Positions 48,572-59,572 of a DNA stretch of 64,000 nucleotides are shown here, piece by piece (position 1 is the first letter of the stretch; each line of letters opens with the position of its first letter). The translations under genes were made by a program, and so were the position numbers. This DNA comes from Macrostomum hystrix (lineage: Eukaryota; Animalia; Platyhelminthes). Under the pieces are notes generated by a model. That model was not told the origin of the DNA, ran no database searches, and was given only the letters and a program-made list of their open reading frames with translations. Location of the stretch: assembly GCA_950097015.1 (NCBI GenBank), contig CATNEN010000038.1, positions 24,924,001 through 24,988,000 on the forward strand, given 5' to 3'.

Positions 48572-51500
48572 ATGCTTTGCCTGCTGTATTGTGGGCAGCA
48601 ACTGGCGCAGCTAATTCTGCTACTATCTTCCATTACAACTATTACCAGTGCGTTCCGTCGGCAGGAATGCAAAACTCAAACTCCCATTTGTCGATCCGAC
48701 CGTTTCGATGTTGTTTTTAGTCACTACGACGATTGGAACTGCAAAGTGTTCAAGTGCAAATGTCGCGACCCCACTGCCAAGATATGCGCCCAGGGACAGG
48801 CTAGGCTGCAGGTGAGAAAATTTTTAGTTGCTTTCTATGTTTTATGTAAGCACTTTTTTAGAAAACTAGAGATACATGCCGAATGTAATTGCTATTATAC
48901 AGTTTAAGGATATTAGGGAACTAAAGTTTAAAGACTAAGAAAGGGAGTGAGAGATGGGAGACTAAGAGATAAGGGAGTGAGAGATGGGAGACTAAGTGAT
49001 AAGGGAGTGAGAGATGGGAGACTAAGAGATAAGGGAGTGAGAGATGGGAGACTAAGAGATAAGGGAGTGAGAGATGGGAGACTAAGAGATAAGGGAGTGA
49101 GAGATGGGAGACTAAGAGATAAGGGAGTGAGAGATGGGAGACTAAGAGATAAGGGAGTGAGAGATGGGAGACTAAGAGATAAGGGAGTGAGAGATAGGAG
49201 ACTGAGAGATAAGGGAGTGAGAGATAGGAGACTAAGAGATAAGGGAGTGAGAGATGGGAGACTAAGAGATAAGGGAGTGAGAGATAGGAGACTGAGAGAT
49301 AAGGGAGTGAGAGATAGGAGACTAAGAGATAAGGGAGTGAGAGATGGGAGACTAAGAGATAAGGGAGTGAGAGATGGGAGACTAAGAGATAAGGGAGTGA
49401 GAGATAAGAGACTAAGAGATAAGGGAGTGAGAGATGGGAGACTAAGAGATAAGGGAGTGAGAGATGGTAAAGAGATAAGAGATTGAGCAGATCAGAGGTG
49501 AGAGATGGAAGAAATGATCGTCCTTATCCTCGTGAACTCGCCTCTATCCCAGGTGGACTCGGACGGGTGTCAGTACTACGACTGTCCGTCTTGCCCGCCG
49601 CCGCCAGTGTGCCAGGGCAGTCAGCAGGCCACACTGCAGGGCAATGATCCACTCGGCTGTCCTCTGTATGTGTGCAGCTGCGCGCCCAATCCCAATAGGC
49701 CCCAGTGCGGCGCCAACCAACAGCTTCAACAGACTACTGACAGTAGCGGCTGCCCCATTTTTGTCTGCCAGCAGACTAGAACCCAATGCCCGGATGCGCC
49801 AACTTGCAGCTCCAATCAGCAGCTTGTCAGCGTTGGAGCCGCCGGAGAGTGCCAGATATACAAGTGCGAATGCCTAACACCGGCTAAGATTGTCTGCAAC
49901 TTCGGATCCCAGGCCAGGCTCCAGGATGACGGGCTGGGCTGCCAGGTGAGATGAAGGGCAGGCAGGTGAGATGAAGGGCTGGCAGGTGAGATGAAGGGCT
50001 GGCAGGTGAGATGAAGGGCTGCCAGGTGAGATGAAGGGCTGGCAGGTGAGATAAAGAGCTGGCAGGTGAGATGAAGGGCTAGCTGGTGAGATGAAGGGTC
50101 GGTGAGATGAAGGGTCGGTGAGATGAAGGCTCGGTAAGAAGAAGGGTCGGTGAGATGAAGGTTCGGTGAGATGAAGGGTCAGTGAGATGAAGGGTCAGTG
50201 AGATGAAGGGTCGGTGAGATGAAGGGTCGGTGAGATGAAGGGTCGGTGAGATGAAGGGTCGGTGAGATGAAGGGTCGGTGAGATGAAGGGTCGGTGAGAT
50301 GAAGGGTCGGTGAGATGAAGGGTCGGTGAGATGAAGGGTCGGTGAGATGAAGGGTCGGTATGATGAAGGGTCGTTGAGATAAAATTTTGATATCCTCATC
50401 CCAAACCTTCCTCCCGCGCACTCCCGCAGGTGTACAAGTGCCAGGAGAATCGGTCCCCCTGCCCTCCTGAGCCCACCTGCCCGTCCACTCACCAGATGGT
50501 GTCGCAGAACGGTGTGGACGGCAACAATTGCATCAAGTACGTGTGCAAGTGCATACCGCTGGCTCCCGTGAGCTGTCCCAGCGGATTCAAGCAGGTCCTG
50601 GAGACGGACCAGTCCTGCGCCTGCCAGTACTACAAGTGCGACCCCAACTGCGAGCAGAAACCCAACTGCCCGTCCGTGAGGCCCGGCTTGCTTGTAAACT
50701 GATCCCAATCATCCCAAACTGATCCCAATCATACCAAACTGATCCCAATCATCCCAAACTGATCCCAATCATCCCAAACTGATCCCAATCATCCCAAACT
50801 GATCCCAATCATCCCAAACTGATCCCAATCATCCCAAACTGATCCCAATCATCCCAAACTGATCCCAATCATCCCAAACTGATCCCAATCATACCAAGCT
50901 GATCCCAATCATCCCAAACTGATCCCAATCATCCCAAACTGATCCCAATCATCCCAAACTGATTTCAATCATCCCAAACTGATCCCAATCATCCCAAACT
51001 GATGTCACTCATGAATTACTCATCACTCAATCTCAAGCCCACCCAAACCGCAGGTCTATCAGGAGCCCGTCATCTCGGGCACAAGAAACAACGGCTGCCC
51101 AACCTACTCTTGCCAGTGCAAAGACCCGGAAGTGATTAGCTGCACCCTGGCCGACTCGCATCTGGTCCTGAGCAAGGCCACAGACGGCTCCAATTGCGAT
51201 GTATACATCTGCCAGACCGGCAATGGCAACACTCGCAGCTGCGGCGCTGTGCCCAACTGTCCAGCCAGTAGGCCCCCCGTGCTGAGCAGCTACGATGCGC
51301 AGGTGACTAAAATTGTTTTTTTATTCATGACTTATCTCAAGATAATAAAAGTTTTAGCTGACTTTAGTAGAAGATTAGTTGCAGTCTGTTAGTTACAGAA
51401 TACTGAATCTTGTACTTACAGACAGGTACTTACAGACAGGTAATTACAGACAGGTACTTACAGACAGGTACTTACAGACAGGTACTTACAGACAGGTACT

Positions 51501-54500
51501 TACAGACAGGTACCTACAGACAGGTACCTACAGACAGGTACTTAAAGACAGGTACTTACAGACAGGTAATTACAGACAGGTACCTACAGACAGGTACTTA
51601 CAGACAGGTACTTAAAGACGGGTACCTACAGACAGGTACCTAAAGACAGGTACCTACAGACAGGTACTTAAAGACAGGTACTTAAAGACAGGTACTTACA
51701 GACAGGTAATTACAGACAGGTACTTACAGACAGGTACTTACAGACAGGTACTTACAGACAGGTACTTACAGACAGGTACCTACAGACAGGTACCTACAGA
51801 CAGGTACTTAAAGACAGGTACTTACAGACAGGTACTTACAGACAGGTAATTACAGACAGGTACCTACAGACAGGTACTTACAGACAGGTACTTAAAGACA
51901 GGTACCTACAGACAGGTACCTAAAGACAGGTACCTACAGACAGGTACTTAAAGACAGGTACTTAAAGACAGGTACTTACAGACAGGTAATTACAGACAAG
52001 TACCTACAGACAGGTACTTAAATACAGGTACCTACAGACAGGTACTTAAAGACAGGTACCTACAGACAGGTACTTACAGACAGGTACTTACAGACAGGTA
52101 CTTACAGACAGGTACTTACAGACAGGTACTTACAGACAGGTACTTACAGACAGGTACTTACAGACAGGTACTTACAGACAGGTACTTACAGACAGGTACT
52201 TACAGACAGGTACTTACAGACAGGTACTTACAGACAGGTACTTACAGACAGGTACTTACAGACAGGTACTTACAGACAGTTATTCACAGGTTAAGACTTG
52301 CAGTAACAAGCATCACAGTTTCTTAGAAAACCATCTCACCAAATCCCACCAACCAGGGCTGCGCAGTGTACGTGTGCAGCGGTGGCTCCAGCACCAACTG
52401 TCCGACTGCGCCGCCGTGCGGTTCCGGCGAAATTCAACAGATTGTCGGCCGCGACACTCTCGGCTGTCCGCAGTACGTCTGCAACCGACTCGGCTGTGCC
52501 AGCCCGCCTAACTGCGGCAATCAACAGGCCGTGTTCAGCCAGTACCTCAACAACTGCCCCGTGTACGTCTGCCAGGACAGCCGCTCGTGCCCCACCGTGC
52601 CCACTTGTCCGCTAAACCAGGTGTCATTCCAGGTGAGACTCTCGTGTGCCTGCTTGGGTCAATATGAGGGATTAGGATGGGAGGTTAGCGATGGGAGATA
52701 AGCGATGGGATATTCGGGATGACAGAATAGGGAGAGCAGAATAGTGATGTGATACTAGGGATACGATATTAGGGATGGGAAAATTGGAATGGGAAATTTA
52801 GAATGGGAGATTTTGAATGGGAGATTTTGAATGGGAGATTAGGGATGGGAGATTATGGATGTGAGATTATGGATGTGAGATTATGGATGTGAGATTATGG
52901 ATGTGAGATTATGGATGTGAGATTATGGATGTGAGATTATGGATGTGAGATTATGGATGGGAGATTCGGGATGTGAGATTATGGATGTGAGATTATGGAT
53001 GTGAGATTAGGGATGTGAGATTATGGATGTGAGATTATGGATGTGAGATTATGGATGTGAGATTAGGGATGTGAGATTAGGGATGTGAGATTATGGATGT
53101 GAGATTATGGATGTGAGATTAGGCATGTGAGATTATGGATGTGAGATTATGGATGGGAGATTAGGCATGTGAGATTAGGGATGTGAGATTAGGGATGTGA
53201 GATTATGGATGTGAGATTATGGATGTGAGATTATGGATGTGAGATTATGGATGTGAGATTATGGATGGGAGATTAGGCATGTGAGATTATGGATGTGAGA
53301 TTATGGATGAAAGATAATGGATGGGAGATTATGGATGAGAGATTATGGATGTGAGATTATGGATGGGAGATTAGGGATGGGAGTTTTGTAATTAAAGATT
53401 TTGGAAGGCGGAATCGGGGTGGGTGACGACGGATGTTAAGTGAGAGAAGGAATTTCAATTGGTATATTAATCTCATCTACAGGTGGGCTACATCAGTGGT
53501 CCCGGAAGCTGTCCGCAGTACGTTTGCCAGCCAAGGTTCTGTCCGGCCCCTGTCACCTGTCCAGCAAATCAGAGCCCGAATTACGTAACCGTTAGCAGCG
53601 GCTGCGTGTCTGTCACCTGCGGCAACACGCGCAGCTGCCGCGGCGTGCCTACCTGCCGGTCCGGCGAAACTCCCCAGGTGACTGGCACCGACTCTCTTGG
53701 CTGCACCAGGTATGCCTGCTACCGCCTTGGCTGCCCCAATCCACCTACCTGCCCAACAGCTCAGCTAGTTAGTGTGACTGGCTACGATGCCAACAACTGC
53801 GCGGTAAGTGCTCGCATTGTTCTCACTGCTGTTCTCATTGTTCTTACTGCTGTTCTCATTGTTCTCACTGCTGTTCTCATTGTTCTCACTGCTGTTCTCA
53901 TTGTTCTCACTGCTGTTCTCATTGTTCTCACTGCTGTTCTCATTGTTCTCACTGCTGTTCTCATTGTTCTCACTGCTGTTCTCATTGTTCTCACTGCTGT
54001 TCTCATTGTTCTCACTGCTGTTCTCATTGTTCTCACTGCTGTTCTCATTGTTCTCACTGCTGTTCTCATTGTTCTCACTGCTGTTCTCATTGTTCTCACT
54101 GCTGTTCTCATTGTTCTCACTGCTGTTCTCATTGTTCTCACTGCTGTTCTCATTGTTCTCACTGCTGTTCTCATTGTTCTCACTGCTGTTCTCATTGTTC
54201 TCACTGCTGTTCTCATTGTTCTCACTGCTGTTCTCATTGTTCTCACTGCTGTTCTCATTGTTCTCACTGCTGTTCTCATTGTTCTCACTACTGCTCCGAT
54301 GGTTCTCACATTTCTGATTATGGATGTATGGGGGGTTTGGGTTACCAATACGACAACGAATGCCGTCGGCTGAACAACGACTGATGAATAGTTTTAAATG
54401 CTATTGTTATTATGAGAAATTTCAACCCAACTAACGGTTCTTCATCAACTTGTGACATCGCCGTTAAAAACTTCTCCCAACAGGTGTATACCTGCCAGAA

Positions 54501-55461
54501 CGACAACGGCTGCCAAGAGCCGCTGACCTGCCTGGCCTCGGAGACTCAGCTTTACATCGGTCAAGATTCCAATGGCTGTCCGGAGTATCTCTGTCATCGC
54601 TCCGGCTGTACTCTGCCGCCAACCTGCACTGTTGGCCAACGCCTGGTAACCACCGGTGTGAATGGCGTCTGTCCCATCTACAGCTGCCAATCAACCACTC
54701 GCAGCTGCCCTGTGCAGCCAGTCTGCTCTGTTGGCCAGACGCCCACAGTTGTAGCCTACGACAGTAGCAGTTGTCCGGTGTACAGCTGCCCGAACACCGG
54801 TGGCGGCATCTGCACCCAGCAGCTGCCAAACTGTCCCAACGGCCAGACGCCAATCTCGTCTGGCACGGACCTCTACGGCTGTCCAGTCTACGTGTGCCAG
54901 TTCACCACTCGCTCTTGTCCCTATCCGCCAGTGTGCTCGGATGGTCGGGCTGCCGGCGTCCTTGGCCGCGACGCTAACAATTGTCCAATTTACAACAGCT
55001 GCGGCGGCACCGGCATCATCGGCGGCGGCACCGGCATCATCGGTGGCGGCACCGGCATCATCGGTGGCGGCACCGGCATCATCCGCGGAGGCATCATCGG
55101 TGGTGGCATCATCGGGGGCGGCATCATCGGCGGCGGCATCATCGATGGCGGCTTCATCGGCAGCATTAACGGCGTGAATCGTGTCAGCCCGACGTCCTGC
55201 CCGTCCGAGCCTGACTGTCAGTATCAGCAGCTTAGAATTCGCTCCCAGGAAACTCAATCTAGCGGCCAGGTGTGCGACCGGTATACATGCATCAGTCTGG
55301 GTGATTACGACGGCCGGCCGCCGAAGTGTCACGACAATCCAACCTATTGCGACGTCACCCAGACTGTGGAGACCTACGTACAGCGCGGCAATACAAAGCC
55401 CTGCCAACGCGTTGTTTGCAAGTCTGGAAGCCAATTTGATGGAATTTCCGGCTTCAAATGA
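48572..55461 (+). CDS. Secreted cysteine-rich repeat protein with Gly/Ile-rich segment, ~900 aa
   Basis: Exons 48572-48811, 49553-49945, 50430-50675, 51054-51302, 52357-52632, 53483-53803, 54484-55461, all phase 0. Hydrophobic signal-peptide-like N-terminus; many C-x-x-x-P-x-C...G-x-D-x-x-G-C-P-x-Y-x-C modules; (GGGTGII)/(GGGII) repeats; AATAAA at ~55543. Confidence 0.85.
48932..49480. repeat. 30-bp minisatellite ACTAAGAGATAAGGGAGTGAGAGATGGGAG, Cys-rich intron 1
   Basis: About 18 copies. Confidence 0.96.
49936..50375. repeat. 20-bp then 16-bp minisatellite built from the donor site (GGGCTG(C/G)CAG|GTGAGATGAA; GGTGAGATGAAGGGTC), Cys-rich intron 2
   Basis: The unit spans the exon 2/intron junction. 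Confidence 0.95.
50696..51003. repeat. 20-bp minisatellite AAACTGATCCCAATCATCCC, Cys-rich intron 3
   Basis: About 15 copies. Confidence 0.96.
51412..52278. repeat. 14-bp minisatellite ACAGACAGGTACTT, Cys-rich intron 4
   Basis: About 62 copies, each with CAG|GTA. Confidence 0.96.
52800..53382. repeat. 14-bp minisatellite GTGAGATTATGGAT, Cys-rich intron 5
   Basis: About 40 copies with older GGGAGATT variants at the edges. Confidence 0.95.
53812..54290. repeat. 21-bp minisatellite CTCATTGTTCTCACTGCTGTT, Cys-rich intron 6
   Basis: About 22 near-perfect copies starting ~8 nt after the donor. Confidence 0.96.
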
Positions 55462-57639
55462 CCTCCAAATGAGAAAATCTAAATCAACCTGGTTATCTCT
55501 AAACAATCCTTCTATAAATTAAGCTGTTTACGATGGCTTAAAAATAAAAAGGAATGTGTTGTTTTTTTCTCCTTGTTTTTTGCAATCATCGTTCGATCAA
55601 TTAACTTGTTGTTCTTCTATTTATCTTTTAATTTGATAAAAAGAGCGGAAATTTTGGCCGCATGAGCTAAATTCGGTATGAGTTCCGAGTTTAATAGGCC
55701 ACCGTGATCGAGAAACTCTTCGTTTTTAAAGATTAAGGCTCCATCTCTTGCGCGTTTGAGGCGTTTTAGAGACGATGCCGAGTTGGTTATTTGCAGGCCT
55801 CATCCAGATAACTTATCAACGCCTCTTTAAGTACCTTTAGGAAGATTCGGTTAAGTTGTATGTGAAAGCAAGCGTTAAAAAATTTAAGTTCACCGTTTTT
55901 ACGCAACTCTAGCCTCTATACCGCTGGCAGGCTATAGTTCCGTTTTCTATATTTACTACATGCTTTACTCCAAAAAATACGTGTAATTATGCAAGCAGAC
56001 AATCAAATAGCAATCAATAATAAGGGCTTTGCTTCTATTTATAACGATTCCAAAAAACATCGCGGACTAATTCCTACAAAGGCTTTGACACATTAAAACT
56101 CTATTTAAAAACATTTAAACGAAATCCTACGTTTAAATAAAATGTCATACGAAAACATAAATTTCTTTGAAAAACAATCATATTCAAAATGGCCTCTATG
56201 TTGTGTACTTTTCAAGTACTTAGTAATAGTATTTAGTAAGTGTATGCTTATATACAACAACAACAACAACAGTAAATAATACATGCTGTCAAGATAGCGA
56301 AGGCAACATCAAAGTGCTTGCTCTCTCTCGAGCCTTTAATTGAATAAAGGCAGGTAGTTAATTGAATAATTGTCGATGACACCAAGTTTGGGCTTTGATG
56401 CTAGTGCTAGCCATGCTGTTACTTAGACTATAGTCGTGTGGGAGGCCCTGTCTCTTTTCGCGAAGTTAATAAGTATAATGTAAAGTTTAATAGGCCTAAA
56501 CCCGCAAAAGTTAATTAGGCTAGCCTAGGCCCAGCTATTAAGTTGTAGTGCACAATATCTCTATATGTGTCTAGAAACTCTGTGTAAGTAGCAAGACACC
56601 TATTATAATCTACTGCAGCACATATTTAGTTATAGGTCCAGCCTACTTATTTTTTAATGTGCACTGGTTGAATTTCATCTGTCCTTTTTATTTAAGGCCT
56701 TTTAATGAATCAAAGTTGCCCAGTGAAGCTCTTACTTTTCCTTTGCATTATTAGGCTAGAAAACCTACTATCTATGTTAGGCCTAATATATGTTTTTAAC
56801 ATGTTTAACTTACTTTATAACTGACATTATTATTTTTTTGTCAAAATATTTAGATGGGCCTAATAGAAACTTATTAAGTAGCCTAAAACTTAATAAGTTA
56901 ATGAATTTTAAGGTAACAATATTTTGAAAAAGGTTTGCCACCTTGTTAAGCAATCCTTTGGCTTTGGTATCTCATTCTAAACTATTTTAGGCCTAACTAT
57001 TTTTCTAACTTTTAATAAACTAAAAGTCTGGAAAGTATTAGGCCTATAAAGTTAGTATCTAGTCAGGTCAGATAGAATAATAAGTAATCTAGTAAAGCAT
57101 GTTTCCAAATTAATGGTTTTGAAAAGCATGGCATTTTAAAAAGGCTGTTGCTTGTGCATTTATAGGTCCTAGCTCAAAATTTGGCCTTGCAGTGGGCCAC
57201 ATGCCTTTCAATGTTATTAATGTGGGCCTCTGGGTTGTAGTTTGGTGGTCTGGTAATGTGGGCTACTGAAGTAACATGGCTTTGTTTTAGACCTTTCAGT
57301 TTGCAGGCGTGCCAACAGATAGTATTTTACTATCAATAGCATAGCTTTATCCATATTTGGCAGCAAAGTGACAAAGCTTATTGCATCTAGCATGGCTAAA
57401 AAGTTCCTGTCAAGGTCAGGGTTCTTTGGCACTTGCTGCAATGTCTCTGGATTGTAGCTTGATAGGCTGTAGGATAATGACAGTGACTGGTACATCTGAT
57501 AAGATGGTATCATTGCACTTGCCTAGCTTAGTGGCACTTAAATAGTCATTAACAGCTATGCTGGTAGGTACTGACAACAGAGACTATGGCTGTCATCTTT
57601 CTATTGGCACTTTAATGGAGTCATAGCAAACAATAGTTA

Positions 57640-57948
57640 ATAATAATATTAATAATTTGGACCCAATTGGGCCAGGTGGGGGGCAGCCGACAGCACAGCC
57701 ACAGCTATTGCGTGGTGCATCTGAAGACTGCATACAGCTGTTCAGTCCACGGACTGGGGGGATGCCACACCCACACCTTCAATTATCCCAGCTTAATGCT
57801 GGTACCCGTTTAACAGCTGGGTGAACTGAAGCAATGCAGAGTTAAGAGTCTTGCTAAAGTACTCAAATTGTTTCAGTGGAGTCGGGAATCGAACCCCCGA
57901 CCTTCAAGTCGTGAGTCCAATGCCCTAACCACTAGGCTACAACCTCCT
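57640..57948 (-). mobile_element. SINE family B, near full-length
   Basis: Reverse complement begins AGGTTGTAGCCTAGTGGTTAGGGC...GGTTCGATTCCCGACTCC; CORE-like body; (TTA)n tail. Confidence 0.8.
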
Positions 57949-58090
57949 TATATTGTTATAAGGAACAATATAAAACTAATTAGTATTAATTTGAATTGCA
58001 TTGCAGTTTTCTGGTTTTTATTCAATTGGTAAGCAACATATTGTCTAAAAGTCGATCAGATTCAGGATACAAAGACAAGAAATTCGAAGC

Positions 58091-59572
58091 ATGTCCAGTC
58101 AAGCCAATCTAGCAGCCATTGTGGTTGGCTACACAGGTGAAACTGGGAAGGCTTTAGTCCAGGCCCTAGCTACTAGCTCGGGTTTCTCCAGAGTCTCCCT
58201 GCTTGGTAGGCGCGATGTGCCACTACCCGATGAGGTTACGGGCAGTGGTAAATTCCAACAGAAACGAGTGGACTTTGACGCGCTAGACACTAATCCTGAG
58301 TCTCAGTCTGAACTGTTTACTGGACACGATGTCACATTCTGCTGCCTAGGCACCACCCGTGGCAAATCTGGCGCCGATGGATTTGTCAAAGTTGATCACG
58401 ACTATGTTATGGCCACTGCCAAGGCTTCTAAGGTTGCTCAGATTAAACAGTTTCATATTGTCAGCTCGGCTGTGAGTTCAACTGAACCTTAAATCCTTAC
58501 TGGTTCTTTTTTCCCGTCTCCTCCCCCGTATCTCCTTCCCATTGTCTCCTTCTAAATACGAGAAGGCGTTGATTTTGCCAACTGCCATTCGCGCCAAAAA
58601 GGACAATGTGCTAGGCTTAATTATTGTGCCATATGGTGCACTTGTGAGACTGTGTCGGAATTGTTCCTAAGTGTTCCAAAAATACAGTGCAGCCTACTTA
58701 AAAGTGTGTCTTTAGATTAATTAGGACACTGTAGTTAATTAGGAAAAGGCGGTTTTCCCATCGGGTCCTTCCCTTTCTCTCTTATCCCCTGTCTTCTTCC
58801 TTATACAAGTCCTTAATAATGACAATTGCAGGAGGGCTGCGGGCAGTGGCACATCAATTGGTGACACTACGAGCGTATAGACCCGCAGCCAGTGAGGAGG
58901 CAATTCTGCCCATTTCGCTGACTCCTGAGCACACACGCACGCAGATACTGTACGTGGCATACGCTCACACAGGTGTGTACATCTGCCCTGACTTTCTCAT
59001 CGTCAGGCAGTGTACACTCTTACTGTGCCTTGGAGGTTGGCCCTAAATGGTGTAAATTGCACGACAAGACGACAAGCCTTCTCTCCGCGGCTGCGCCCCA
59101 AAAAAATGTGGCCTCGCTGTGGAATCGAACTTAGGGACCTTGGTGCGAGAAGCAAACGTTCTGCCACCGACACCCCCCTACAAGTCATTAGTCCTGCTTT
59201 TTATGAGGTATGGCCCTTGTAATCTTGACCCTTTTCTATGAAACTGATTTTTCCAAGGGAGCCAACAAGAACAGCATGCTGCTGTATTCGCGCATCAAAG
59301 GCCAAGTAGAGGACAACCTGGCCAATTTGGGCTTCGATCGCCTGGCAATCTATCGACCAAAGATGCTCATCTGCAAACGCGAAGAGTCTCGCCCGACCGA
59401 AGCAGTCGCCATGGCCCTAACTAAACCATTTCAATCGTTGTGCCCGACTCTGCTAACAACGCCTGTTACCACCCTGGCCCAGGCAATGATTAATGCGGCC
59501 CTGACTGGTGGTAATCAGCGAGACCTCTACCATAATGCTGAGATTTTCCAGTTGGCCTCGAAGACGGCTTGA
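58091..59572 (+). CDS. HTATIP2: HTATIP2/TIP30 (CC3)-like atypical SDR oxidoreductase, ~231 aa
   Basis: Exons 58091-58471 and 59258-59572 (phase 0). VGYTGETGK NAD(P) motif; FCCLGTTRGKSGADGFVKVDHDY; SSAGANKNSMLLYSRIKGQVE; IYRP..REESRP. Confidence 0.9.
58813..59180 (-). mobile_element. SINE family A, most complete copy (HTATIP2 intron)
   Basis: On the - strand: tRNA-like head GGTGGCAGAACG...AGTTCGATTCC; body shared with at least six other loci; AT-rich tail. Confidence 0.8.

Noticed and set aside
58985-59010. CTGAC..GAAA motif in SINE family A as a second hammerhead
   Set aside because: It forms only a simple CTGAC/GTCAG hairpin; stem II and the stem I/III geometry are missing.
13456-59572. 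Dedicated oxidative-stress/proteostasis gene cluster (Lon, catalase, E3 ligases, HTATIP2)
   Set aside because: The theme is loose and unrelated genes are interspersed; no synteny or co-expression evidence is available from sequence alone.
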